A DNA stretch of 64,000 bases from Octopus sinensis (lineage: Eukaryota), in NCBI RefSeq assembly GCF_006345805.1, contig NW_021832432.1, positions 620,001 to 684,000 on the forward strand. The letters are read 5' to 3'. Positions 1 through 11,818 of the stretch are shown in pieces. Within the stretch, counting starts at the first letter, position 1, and each line of letters starts with the position of its first letter. The position numbers and the translations under genes are program-made. The notes under the pieces are model-generated. The model did no database searches and had not been told where the DNA came from. It saw nothing but the letters and a program-made list of their open reading frames with translations.

Positions 1-104
1 TGTAAAGGTGATGTTTTTCCAAAATTATTTTTTTAAAAGAATGCTATGAACAAAAAATGTTTTTGGACATGTTCAAATATATATATATGGGGGGAAGGTA
101 GGTC

Positions 105-111
105 TGTGTAT

Positions 112-190
<79 letters not shown>
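105..190. repeat. (GT)n microsatellite
   Basis: Near-perfect GT run; explains the 46..288 ORF. Confidence 0.95.
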
Positions 191-192
<2 letters not shown>

Positions 193-283
193 ATAAATTT
201 GTATTTTCATCATCTTCATGTATGTTTGATCGTAAACAATGGCTTCACACTGATGGTGTTGTTTGTTTGCAATTCACATTCAC

Positions 284-334
284 CTTGAAAGAATGTCTGA
301 ACTTCTTGTCTTGTCTTGATATGTTGTGCAATCT
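284..334 (-). CDS. Candidate 51-nt internal exon, (E)IAQHIKTRQEVQTFFQ
   Basis: Minus strand ttttgtttttcag|AG ATT GCA...CAA G|gtgaat; open in phase 1-1; protein not recognised. Confidence 0.3.
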
Positions 335-530
335 CTGAAAAACAAAAGTCTCCTGAATTCATACAACATGATTTGTTTCTAGTTTTCTGTGTAAAACATG
401 TCTCGGCTGTTCATTGTTTGACTGACTAGGAGACTGTCATCTGGCTTGGAAACAAATAAAGGCTGAAACCCAATGAAGGGCATCCAGTAGCAGAAAAACT
501 CTGCCTCAAAATATTCTCATTTGATCCATA

Positions 531-1130
531 CATCATCATCATCATCATCATTTAGCGTCCGTTTTCCATGCTAGCATGGGTTGGACGGTTCAACTGGGGT
601 CTGTGAAGCCAGAAGGCTGCATTAGGCCCAGTCTGATCTGGCAGTGTTTCTACGGCTGGATGCCCTTCCTAACGCCAACCACTCTGCGAGTGTAGTTGGT
701 GCTTTTTACGTGCCACCCGCACAGGTGCCAGACAGAGCTGGCAAACGGCCACGAACGGATGGTGCTTTTTACGTGCCACCGGCACGGGGGCCAGGTGAGG
801 CTGGCAACGGCCACGAACAGATGGTGCTTTTTACGTGCTACCGGCACGGGGGCCAGGCGAGACTGGCAATGGCCACGAATGGATGGTGCTTTTTACATGC
901 CACCAGCACAGGGGCCAGGCGAGGCTGGCAATGGCCACGAACGGATGGTGCTTTTTACGTGTCACCGGCACGGAGGCCAGTCGGGGCGGCGCTGGCAATA
1001 GCCATGATTGGATGGTTCACTTACTTGTCACCGGCACTGGTATCACAGCCGCAATTTCCATTGATGTTGATCGACTTCGATTTTGGTTCTGCTTTCTGAT
1101 ATCTGATTTGATTTGGTTTGATTTGATTTT
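531..1130 (-). mobile_element. Family A repeat (long form) with internal 62-63 bp minisatellite
   Basis: (CAT)n tail at 531, GATGCCCTTCCTAACGCCAAC core, five GGTGCTTTTTACGTGCCACC units starting at 698, 761, 823, 885 and 947. Confidence 0.85.
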
Positions 1131-1148
1131 ATATATAAAAAAAAAACA

Positions 1149-1378
1149 TTAACCTTTTCATTAGTGTATTTATTTTGAGATGTTCTGTGTTTCCTTCCAT
1201 TAATTTTTAAATATAACAAAGAATTTAGTAAAAGAACTTAGTTATCATTAAGCAAGTGTTAGGAACATAAATTGTGACTAAAGTTTGGTGGAAGATTTTA
1301 ATTCAAAACATATGAAAACAAAACATTTGTACTCAGAGCCAGAGCCAGTTTCAGCCAGGTTGGTAACGAAAGGGTTAA
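1149..1378 (-). mobile_element. piggyBac-like MITE (TTAA-flanked)
   Basis: TTAA at both ends, CCTTT/AAGGG termini; reverse-orientation match to 4128-4669 and 47985-48214. Confidence 0.8.
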
Positions 1379-2160
1379 ATGATGATGATGTATAATGGTA
1401 AAAATGGTGATGTTATGTTTAATATTTCTAATTTTTTTTTAGATTTGTGTAAATTATAACATGTTAGGAATATTTTATAGAACAGTTAAAAGTGCTAGTA
1501 AATTTGAAATGGTTTTACTTTAAATGGACACAGTATAACCAAATGGTTAAGAAGTTTGCTTCATAAGCACAAGGTCTTGGGTTCCATCCTATCATATGAC
1601 ATCTTTGGCAAGTGTTGGGTCAATTCAAGCTTTATGAGTGATATTGGATAGAAAAAGACTGTGTTGGTGCCTATCTGATGATAGATTCTTCTTTTAATTT
1701 AAAGGTCCAGCCTTGGTACAAACTGTGCCATGCTTCTTCAGCCCTGAAAATTATATTAGTGATACATGTGCCAGTGGAATGTTGAGTTACTTATGAGGTC
1801 TGATCAAAAAGCATCAGGAATGAAAAGAAAATTACAACACCTATCAATTCAGTATTTAATCTCCTTCAAAGTAGTCCCCTTCTGAAGCCCCACAGTTTAA
1901 CCAGCTTTGTTTCTCCATTGATGGAAACATTCCTGGAACTCCTTTTTCGAGGATAGCAAGCCTTGTCACATTTTCTTGGATTTCTTCAACATCTTGAAAT
2001 CTTGTTGGGGACTACTAATGCAAAGACTGAGCCTTGGTTTCAGGTTATAACCATAGACCCATGATTCATCACCTATTATGACCATTTTCAAAACATTTTC
2101 ATCTTCATTATTTACATTATTTACATCCGACGGATATTTGTCCTCATCTTGTTTGTTGTT

Positions 2161-2206
2161 AACACAACATTTCGGCTGATATACCCTCCAGCCTTCTTCA
2201 GGTGAC
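2161..2206 (-). ncRNA. Degenerate hammerhead motif in the inverted F arm
   Basis: GUCAC-CUGAAGA-A-GGCUG...CAGCC-GAAAUGUUGUGUU; a C>T change breaks the ACGU palindrome. Confidence 0.5.
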
Positions 2207-2253
2207 TTGGGGAAATTTCGAACCTGGGTTCTCATTCCTAAGGTATTTTTCGA

Positions 2254-2292
<39 letters not shown>

Positions 2293-2311
2293 CATTATGC
2301 CCATGGGCATA

Positions 2312-2366
2312 TGGTGTAATGGTTAAGAGCACGGGCTACTAACCCCAAGATTCCGAGTTCGATTCC
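2312..2366 (+). promoter_or_regulatory. Pol III type 2 internal promoter (A and B boxes) of the F head
   Basis: A box TGGTGTAATGG 2312-2322; B box GTTCGATTCC 2357-2366; GGG-CTACTAA-CCC anticodon-like arm. Confidence 0.7.
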
Positions 2367-2388
2367 AAGCAGTGACCTGAACAATATC

Positions 2389-2430
<42 letters not shown>

Positions 2431-2508
2431 TATAATAATAATAACAATAATAATAATAACATCAAAAAACACCTTAGGAATGAGAACCCAGGTTCGAAAT
2501 ATCCCCAA

Positions 2509-2554
2509 GACACCTGATGAAGGCTGGAGGGTATATCAGCCGAAACGTTGTGTT
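2509..2554 (+). ncRNA. Minimal type I hammerhead ribozyme motif
   Basis: GACAC-CUGAUGA-A-GGCUG(loop)CAGCC-GAA-ACGU-U-GUGUU; stem I GACAC/GUGUU, palindromic stem III ACGU. Confidence 0.7.
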
Positions 2555-4127
2555 AAGAACAAACAAGTGAGGACAAATATCTGTGGAATGTAGATAATGT
2601 ACATAATTCCTCATCTCTTAAATATAGAACTGTGTTTTCATCTTCCTTGACACAATCAAGGAAATCCTGTGCAATTGAAACCTGATATTTTTGAGCTAAC
2701 CACACTCTACATACTTTACTTCCAAACACTGCTATAAATAACAGAAGTGAGTGAGAATGTCATGACTTAGTGTGCATGTGCAGCAGAACTCAAGGTCAGT
2801 CTGTGCCAAGTGGCTTCAATCTGCATGTTTTAGCTCTGTTACCATAGCAACAGTCCCAATATTTTTTGATCACACCTCATATATGTTAATTCATTGAGCA
2901 GGTAGTTCAGCTGATCAAATAACTAAAAACTTATCATCAAAATCAACAGTAATCCATGCATTTTATTTCCAATATCTAAAATAGAGGTGACAAACAAGTC
3001 ACAATAGAAGTAAAATGTCTAGGTTTGCACTGATATTAACTAAGTGAAATAAACATATATCTTTATAATAATTTGTTTTTCTTATGAAGTTTTACTTAAA
3101 TATTATCATTCATCTGCATTGTTAAGTATACAATGACACAGTCTATAAATCATTATTAAAATAATAGCAAGAGAAACAATGATATGGTGATATTGTATAA
3201 ACTACCTATTTGTATTACAAAAGAAATTGGTTATAGCAAGATAAAACAGTATACTATAAAGCGTTTAAATGAACAACTTAAGAGAGACAGATTTAATGAA
3301 GTAATGAGGGTTGGGGAGAAAGTTATCATGTGATGTTACATGGATTGGAATTGAACAATATAAGAATATTAGAAATATTATTTTATGAGATAAAATTATC
3401 TAGTAAAATGATTTACTAGATTATTTTAGTGGTTGATAAATTAATGATAATTATATTGATTTTATAAGTTTTTCTACCAGAAAAAGACAGGAAGATAATA
3501 TGTATTGCACTAGATTTGTGAGTAATACAGTTTGTAGTGATTAGTCGATGTATTGAAACTGTAGAGAAATGGTATTATCTTTCAGAGATGTACTTGCCAG
3601 GCAAGTGATCTGATCTGAGATCGTGTGTTGGAACTAAAACAATTACAGAATAGGAGAGACTTATTATTTTTCGTTTTTGGATTTGGCTTGCAAGATTCTT
3701 TTGAAAAGGTTGCAAGATGCAACAAAAATTTTAGGAAAATAAAAATAAGAAATAAGTGGAAATTTTACCGGTGAGTGTGTTAAATTATAAGGCACAAAAA
3801 GAAAATGACTCTCCCCAGACACAACAGAGACATATTATCCTTTCAGAAATGCACAAAAGCTGTTACCTTCAATAAACTTTTTATTTTATTATTGTATGCC
3901 AAAAGTTTCCTTGCGCTAACTATGACCTGATCTTTAACAGAGTTATTCTGCAATTCAGATCACAGTTGGTGCAATGAAAGTTTTGATGAGAAATAATAAA
4001 AATGTTTAAGTAAAGTTAACAGGTTCTCTGTGTTTTTGAATGGCTAATATGTGTGTTTGCTACATTATAAAATGACAATAATTGAAAAGAAATGGTGCAG
4101 AGAAGAACTAGATGTTTAGGTGCAACA

Positions 4128-4669
4128 TTAACACTTTTGATACCAACCTTGCTGAAACATCTCTGGCTCTGTAGTTCAAATGTCTTGTTTTCATAAGTTT
4201 TTAATTAAAATCTTCCACCAAATCTTAATCACAATTTATGTTCCTAACACTAGCTTAATGATGTTTGTTCATTCTTGTGCCATGCCAGACTCATAAGGGC
4301 TGGTTTCCCGGTTTCATTGGTGTATAGGTTCCCTATCTGGACAGGACACCTGTCCATTGCAGGTGAGCTGTTAGATGCAGGAGGAAAGAGTGAGAGAAAG
4401 TTGTGGTGAAAGAGTCAGCAGAAGTTTGTTATTACCTTCAGCCAGAAGGCCACATGGAGCTTAGGTGTTTCACTCATAAACACACACATCACCCGGTCTG
4501 AGATTTGAACTCACGATCCCTCAACCATGAGTCCACTGTTCTAACTACTAGGCCATGTGCCTCTACAGCTTAATGATAACTAAATTATTTTGCTAAATTC
4601 TTTGTTATATTTAAAATTAATTGAAAGAAACAAAGCATCTCAAAATAAATACGGTAACAAAAAGGTTAA
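4128..4669 (+). mobile_element. piggyBac-like MITE split by an E SINE
   Basis: TTAA ends; matches 47985-48214 apart from the 4263-4566 insertion. Confidence 0.8.
4263..4566 (-). mobile_element. Family E SINE, tail type 2
   Basis: tRNA-like head (TGGCCTAGTAG / GAGTTCAAATC); AGCTTAATGAT duplicated on both sides; same family as 33617-33915. Confidence 0.8.
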
Positions 4670-4734
4670 TATAAATACTGAATGCTATTTAGATTACCAA
4701 ATTATAAATAAAATGGTGTTTGGAAACTAACATG

Positions 4735-4940
4735 AAATTGGTTTCAAATTTTGACACAAGGCCAGTAATTTCAGAGGAGGTGTCTAGTCAATTACATCAA
4801 CCCCAGTATTCAAAAGGTACGTACTTTATTGACATCGAAGGGATGAAAGGTAAAGTCAACCTCAGCAGAATGTTAAAATGGATGAAATGCCCCTAAGCAT
4901 TTTCCTTAGTGTTCTAACGATTCTACTAGCTAGCCACATT
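4735..4940 (-). mobile_element. Family C SINE, degenerate
   Basis: GATGAAAGGTAAAGTCAACCTCAGCAGAAT block matches intact C copies. Confidence 0.7.
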
Positions 4941-4954
4941 AACATCACCATCAT

Positions 4955-5130
4955 CATCATCATCATCATTTAACATCTGCTTTCCATGCTGGAATGGGTT
5001 GGACGTTTTGACATGGAGTTTGCTAACAGGGAACTATCCATACCCCAACTGTCTGTGGGGACAGGGTTTCTACAGCTGGATGCCCTTCCTGATGCCAACA
5101 ACTTAACAGTGTGTGATGGGTTTTAATATT
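4955..5130 (-). mobile_element. Family A repeat
   Basis: (CAT)n tail plus CTGGATGCCCTTCCTGATGCCAAC. Confidence 0.75.
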
Positions 5131-5259
5131 GACTTCAAATTTTGACACAAGGCCAGCAATTTCGGGGGTCAGTTACAATGACCCCATTGTTCATCTGGTA
5201 CTTCTTTTCCTGAAAGGCAAAGTCAACACCAACAGAATTTGAACGTAGAACATAAATGT

Positions 5260-5685
5260 GGCATAGGAATGGCTGTGTGGTAAGTAGCTTGCTTACGAAC
5301 CACATGGTTCTGGGTTCAGTCCCACTGTGTGGAACCTTGGGAAAGTGTCTTCTGCTATAGCCTCGGGCCGACCAAAGCCTTGTGAGTGGATTTGGTAGAT
5401 GGAAACTGAAAGAACCTCGTCGTGTATATGCATATACATACATATATATATATATGTATGTGTGTATATATGTTTGTGTGTATGTTGTTGTCCCCCCCAA
5501 CATCACTTGACAACCAATGCTGGTGTGTTTACGTCACCGTAACTTAGCGGTTCGGCAAAAGAGACCAATAGAATAAGTACTAGGCTTACAAAGAATAAGT
5601 CCCAGCATCAGTTTACTCGACTAAAGGCAGTGCTCCTGCATGGCCACAGTCACATGACTGAAACAAGTAAAAGAGTAAAAGAGTG
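5260..5685 (+). mobile_element. Family B SINE inserted in a C SINE
   Basis: GGCTGTGTGGTAAGTAGCTTGC head, internal TA/GT tract, ATGACTGAAACAAGTAAAAGAG tail; C halves at about 5135-5250 and 5686-5745. Confidence 0.85.
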
Positions 5686-6239
5686 GATGAAATTCTGCTA
5701 AACATTTTGTTCAGCATGCTAACAATTCTACCAGTTTGTCACCTTAACCTAATTTAATATTACAAGTAAGTGTGTTAACAAGGTGTGAGAAAAACTAAAG
5801 AGTAATTTCTTACAGTAGCATATTATTAGAAATTTGTGATCATATGGTGTATTGGATGTGATTTAATTTAATATTAGAAACATATGTGTGTGTCTAATAT
5901 ATAAGATATATTTCATTCTGATAATGATAGGATGAATTTATGTATTTACAGATAAGTGTTTATCTGTAAATACATGGAAGTAAGCAAGTCTATGATAATT
6001 GTAATTATAAAGATAGCTTAATTATAAGTATGTTCTCTTAAGATATAATTAAACATTCCTTAAGTGGGAGTTATAATTGGGGTTTAAAGGAGAGGATGCA
6101 TGTCTATAAGAATTGTTGTTTTAGTCTAGTTGTCCATATGTAATGCTTAGCTAAAAATGAATGTTGAGATAAAATGTGTAGAACATTGATGTGGAAATGG
6201 AAGTGAGGTAAGGAAGAAAGTAATAAAGAGTAAACACAC

Positions 6240-6610
6240 ATTATCATCATCATTATCATCTTCATCATTTAATGTCTGTTGTCCATGCTGCATGGGTTGG
6301 ATAGTTTGACTGGGCTGGCATGCTGGAACGCTGTACCAGACTCCAGTCTGATTTGGCATGGTTTTCTATGGCTGGATGCCCTTCCCTAATGCCAGCCATT
6401 CCAAGAATGTAATGAGTGCCACCAGCACGGGTGTTATTTGCATGACTCTGGGGTACGTTTATGTGCCACTGGCATGGATGCCATTCTGCATGACACTGGA
6501 GTCTGCCACGACTGCGATTTTCCTCAGCTTGATGTATCTTCTTCTCAAGTGCAACATAATGCCAAAGGTCTTAGTCATTGCCTCCGTGAGACTCAACACT
6601 CGAAAGGTTC
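6240..6610 (-). mobile_element. Family A repeat with extension
   Basis: (CAT)n tail and GGCTGGATGCCCTTCCCTAATGCC core. Confidence 0.7.
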
Positions 6611-6611
6611 T

Positions 6612-7075
6612 TAATTCTTTGTCTCCGGGATTATCCTTCCAATGGATTTCATTATAGAGTGTCCTAGCTACAATATCATGTCTCATCGTTAGATAATGCC
6701 ATGATGACACTTTTGAACAACTTCTTATGATGTGGGTGATATCTTCAGTATTAACTCTACAAAGTCTGCATCATTTGTCACATTTTACTGCTTTTCCTGC
6801 ATCTCTATCCCTTTTGTGCATCAGGTATTTGGTTGTTATTCCCTGTTTCTGGATTGCAAATACGAGCCCTTCAAATTGGTAGTATTCTGGCTATTGGCCT
6901 ATGACAGACTGCTTTGATGATCAGTGCTACTGTCATCTCGGAGCTTTCTACTAATGTATCCATGCATAGCCATCTGATCATATATGCTCATCCTTTCATC
7001 TGATGATGCATCGCAGTAGAGTCGTGCAACTTCTTCAGGCATGTATTTAAAGTTATCAGACAAGGAATTTTACTC
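6612..7075 (-). pseudogene. Decayed RLE-type (R4/NeSL-like) non-LTR retrotransposon fragment
   Basis: EGLVFAIQKQGITTKYL...CRLCRVNTEDITHIISCS...YLTMRHDIVARTLYNEI: CCHC knuckle region with stops and frameshifts. Confidence 0.8.
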
Positions 7076-7130
7076 AAGGAGCTATGTATGTATGTATGTA
7101 TGTATGTATGTATGTATGTATGTATGTATG

Positions 7131-7680
7131 TCAGGTCACTTTCAAGTGTTACTGGTAACATGTAACCCAGTACAACCTGTTGCATGGTCGGGTTGTCGGC
7201 GACTAAACCGGCAACCCCACCAAGCTTGCTTGGTGAGGAGGGTGTTTATTGGACACCCTACGGAATGAAAGACAAAACCCGTCAAAGGGCGGAGGAACTC
7301 TTGAGATCAACAGCCATCCAGTAAATGTCTTAAGGCTTTATCATGCACGGGGACATAGAAATAATCAGACTGAATACCCGATTGTGCGGTTAAACTATTG
7401 GGAGTGAAGGACTCCTAGCCTTTGTTAGGGCATTCTTCTAGGAGAAGGTAACTCAGGTAACTGGGATAACTCCGACACAAAACCTGCGGCTCAGTGGTTA
7501 CCGATGATGTTGACTTGTTCTTCTTTTCGGATTATGGCTGCTGTTGCTTATTGAGTGGGATTGACTCAGTGCACAGCCTTTCCTCACTTAAAAAAAAATC
7601 TTCTTGCACAGGCATTGCACGATAACAACATTGATTAAGCTTCACGCAATGGCCATACTCAATAACGAGGGGCAGCCACC
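7131..7680 (+). mobile_element. GC-richer structured repeat resembling an RTE LINE 5' UTR, inserted in (TATG)n
   Basis: Flanked by (TATG)n on both sides; CTTCTAGGAGAAGGTAACTC...AAACC motif; hairpins at 7190-7217 and 7218-7235. The family assignment is from memory. Confidence 0.5.
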
Positions 7681-8123
7681 ATGTATGTATGTATGTATGT
7701 ATGTATCTATGTGTGAATGTATATCTATAAGATAGCCAGCCCGACATACTAGCATATAGACATTTATATAATTTATATACTCACCTGAATCCCTATCATT
7801 GATTTATATAGCAATAGTCATTAATCAATAACTAATATATTTGTCAGCTTAACTGGGTATAGAGTAGCTGATTAGTGAGAAATGTTAAAGTTCAACAAAC
7901 TGTCATTCCTCACACAACATGTGCAAATTTTTGAACGTCAGCATTGTAAGATAAAGTCATTATATGGTGATGCTGAAAACAGAATTATATGAGTTCACAA
8001 CAATACAGTAAAAAAAGCAGAATAGCTTAATCCAAAGAAACTAGTGACAGTCTGTGTTGGCAACTGGAAAATAGTATGTTTCTATTCAAAATATTAGGTT
8101 TTTAAAATTCTTTATACCAAAAA

Positions 8124-8470
8124 GTGAAGGTACATGGCTCAGTGGTTAGAGCATCAATCAGGCTCACGATTATGAGGTAGTAAGTTCGATTCTTGGTCCT
8201 GGCTGTGTGTTGTGTTCTTGAACAAGACTCTTTATTTCACGTTGCTCCAGTTCACTCAGCTGTAGAAATGAGTTGCAATGTCATTGGTGCCAAACTGTAT
8301 CGGCCTTTGCCTTTCCCTTGGATAACATCAGTGGCATGGAGAAGGGAGGCTGGTATGCATGGGCGACTGGTGATCTTCTATATACAACCTTGCTTGGACT
8401 TGTGCCTCAGAGGGGAACTTTCTAGGTGCAATCCCATGGTCATCCAAAACTGAAGGGGTTCTACTTTTTA
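8124..8470 (+). mobile_element. Family D tRNA-headed SINE
   Basis: TGGCTCAGTGG A box, GTTCGATTC B box, CTTGAACAAGAC block; matches 24528-24862. Confidence 0.85.
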
Positions 8471-8718
8471 GCAAAATAAATTTATTCTGGTACCATCTTT
8501 TATCCTTTACTTGTTTTAGTCATTGGACTGCAACCATGCTGGGGAACAGCTATCGAACTTATCGAACTTTAATATGGCAAAAATTTACAACCTTCTATGC
8601 TAATACACTGTTATTATTCCTGAAAGTTGTTTTTTATACTTTTTACAAACTGCTCAAAACTTACTGACTTCCTCAATCTGGATCCTTGGATATATTTACA
8701 TGTCATTATATACATACA

Positions 8719-8755
<37 letters not shown>

Positions 8756-8947
8756 AACAGTACTAATAAAATAGATGGGGTGAGTAAAATATTTTATTCT
8801 ATAAGGTATGACATATGTTTCATTCTGTTCTGGGTCCCTTTGGGTAAATCAATAAAAAAAGTCTTACTACAGATTTTCTGATTCAGTAATCAAAACTGTG
8901 CCAGTGCTTTACTCATCTTCTATACATTTTGTATAATTTCTCCTTTA

Positions 8948-9189
8948 TCATCATCATCATCATCATTTAGCGTCTGCTTTCCATGCTAGCATGGGTTGGA
9001 CGGTTCAACTGGGGTCTGTGAAGCTGGAAGGCTTCGTCAGGTCCAGTCAGATCTGGCAGTGTTTCTACAGCTGGATGCCCTTCCTAACGCCAACCACTCC
9101 GTGAGTGTAGTGGGTGTTTTTTACGTGCCACCTGCACAGGTGCCAGATAGAGCTGGCAAACGGCCATGAACGGATGGTGCTTTTACGTG

Positions 9190-9190
<1 letters not shown>
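8948..9190 (-). mobile_element. Family A repeat
   Basis: Near-identical to 531-760. Confidence 0.85.
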
Positions 9191-9228
<38 letters not shown>

Positions 9229-9229
9229 C

Positions 9230-9277
<48 letters not shown>

Positions 9278-9361
9278 TGAGGGAATATTATTCCAAACTT
9301 ACAGGGAAAAATTCAATTTAGAAATACTAAATCAAATTTCACAAAATATAATATATATATT

Positions 9362-9600
9362 AAAAAGAAGCCCGTCGTATATATGTATGTATGTATGTGT
9401 GTGTTTGTCTCCCCAACATCGCTTGACAACCGATGCTGGTGTGTTTACGTCCCCATAACTTAGCTGTTTGGCAAAAGACACAGATAGAATAAGTACTAGG
9501 CTCACAAAGAATAAGTTCTGGGGTCGATTTGCTCGACTAAAGGCGGTGCTCCAGCATGGCTGCAGTCAAACGACTGAAACAAGTAAAAGAATAAAAGAAT
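9362..9600 (+). mobile_element. Family B SINE, 3' half
   Basis: GAAGCCCGTCGTATA to GAAACAAGTAAAAGAAT. Confidence 0.8.
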
Positions 9601-9774
9601 ATATATATAAATATACCAAATATATACATTTTATTTATTTACTATTTTGCATATTACTTAATCATTGTTATATGTTTTATCTTATACTTAATCTTTCTAT
9701 AATATGTAATTTTTCTAAATGTTATAATTTAATTTTTCATTATTGAATTGATAAAAGGTGTTTTTATTCTAATT

Positions 9775-10220
<446 letters not shown>

Positions 10221-10474
10221 TGATATACTAAAATTACAATAATCTAGGAGTTACCACTACCTTGACTAAAAAAAAAAATCTCAAATCTTCTGGAATGCAC
10301 ATCATACATGGACCAACAATCCTGTTGGTAATTCCAAGCTGTTTGAGGAACTGCCTGTGTGTTTATAGGTCTGCTTAATCAGAGCTGAGCTGGGGCTACA
10401 CAGCAAAAAGAACAGGTTTTTACATAAGTAAATGGGACACTATGGGGAGCTGAAAATATTTTAAACTGTAACCT

Positions 10475-10707
10475 ATTTCTTTACTACCCAGAAAGGGCTA
10501 AACACAGAGAGGACACACAAGGACAGACAAATGGATTAAGTCGATTATATCGACCCCAGTACGTAACTGGTACTTATTTAATCGACCCCGAAAGGATGAA
10601 AGGCAAAGTCGACCTCGGCGGAATTTGAACTCGGAACGTAACGGCAGACGAAATACGGCTACGCATTTCGCCCGGCGTGCTAACGTTTCTGCCAGCTCGC
10701 CGCCTTA
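10475..10707 (-). mobile_element. Family C SINE, intact
   Basis: 17-bp TSD ATTTTAAACTGTAACCT at 10458-10474 and 10708-10724. Confidence 0.9.
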
Positions 10708-10986
10708 ATTTTAAACTGTAACCTTACACATCATACTATTAACTGTTGTGTATGGAAATATGCGGGATGGCTTTGATATATCTACAACAAGAGACTTGGA
10801 TCACACACAGCCATTCAGCCATCTACCTATATGTTGACTCAATCACGGTTGACCTGGAGCTACATAACAACACTACACTATCCATCAAAATTACCATAAT
10901 TGTCATCATTAGCAACAGCAATGTTTCATTATTTAGATTTATTACAAAAGAAAGAGAACAGTGCTCATAATATTGGTAGATCCTTC

Positions 10987-11240
10987 AAGGTGGCAAGCTG
11001 GCAGAAACGTTAGCAAAGGCAGCGAGCTGCAGACATGTTAGCACGCTGGATGAAATGCTTAGTGGTTTTTTGTCTATCTTCATGTTCTGAGTTCAAATTC
11101 TGCCGAGGTCAACTTTGCCTTTCATCCTTTCAGGATCTATAAATTAAGTACAAGTTGCATACTGGGGTCGATCTAATCGACTGGCCCCCTCCCCCCAAAT
11201 TTTTGGTCTTGTGCCTAGAGTAGAAAAGAATATTGGTAGA
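10987..11240 (+). mobile_element. Family C SINE (alternative tail)
   Basis: AAGGTGGCAAGCTGGCAGAA head; GTAGAAAAGAATATT tail. Confidence 0.8.
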
Positions 11241-11373
11241 CCCTTAAAAACTATTAAAATCAATGTCTGAGCATTAATTATTCTTGCTCCTGGTTGATCA
11301 CAGTTCGATGATTGTAACCAGTAAAAGCATAGTAAAATATTAAAAGAAATTGAAACCATTATTTGAATGTACA

Positions 11374-11575
11374 AAGGCAGCAAGCTGGCAGAATCTTTAG
11401 CATGCCAGACAAAAGCTTAGTGGCATTTCATTTGTCTTTACATTCTGAGTTCAAATACCATCAAGGTTGATTTTGCTTTTCATCCCCTAGGGTTCAATAA
11501 AATAAGTACCAGCTGAAAACTTAACCCTTCCCTAAAATTGCTGACCCTGTGCCAAAATTTCAAACTATATTTGAA
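11374..11575 (+). mobile_element. Family C SINE, degenerate
   Basis: AAGGCAGCAAGCTGGCAGAA head. Confidence 0.7.
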
Positions 11576-11645
11576 TATATTTGGTACTGCTAACAATCAT
11601 AGCCACAAGAATCTAATTGCAGTTAATTAATGGTTTATAATTAAT

Positions 11646-11818
11646 ATCATCATCATCATCATCATCGTTTTCCATGCTAGCATGGGTTAGACAGTTCGAC
11701 CGGAGTCTGGGAAGCTAGGAGGCTGCACCAGGCTCCAGTCTAGATGCACTTCCTAACACCAACCACTCAATGAGTGTAGTGGGTGCTTTTTATGTGCCAC
11801 CGGCACAGGGGCCAGAGG
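11646..11818 (-). mobile_element. Family A repeat
   Basis: (CAT)n plus CCATGCTAGCATGGGTT. Confidence 0.8.

Larger units (their letters stand above)
2107..2634 (+). mobile_element. Family F: inverted Penelope-like arms around a tRNA-like head
   Basis: Arm 2107-2256 is the reverse complement of about 2460-2600. Centre is (ATT)n + A/B-box head + (AAT)n. 11-bp TSD TTTTCATCTTC at 2096-2106 and 2635-2645. Confidence 0.85.
1794..2879 (-). mobile_element. Internally deleted mariner element interrupted by the F unit
   Basis: TIRs TGAGGTCTGATCAAAAAG / TTTTTTGATCACACCTCA with TA on both flanks. Minus-strand relic ...IAQDFLDCVKEDEN|VLKMVIIGDESWVYGY is split by the F insertion. Confidence 0.85.

Noticed and set aside
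698-1000. CRISPR-like array
   Set aside because: Tandem units lack unique spacers; eukaryotic context with no cas genes.
644-1152. Overlapping repetitive ORFs (also 30082-30604)
   Set aside because: Produced by the family A internal minisatellite.
3170-3335. About 50-codon + frame (...KRLNEQLKRDRFNEVMRVGEK)
   Set aside because: No good acceptor and no recognisable family; compatible with chance.
7787-7972. Minus-strand exon with a strong CAG|gtgagt donor
   Set aside because: Stops in all three frames; could only be non-coding.
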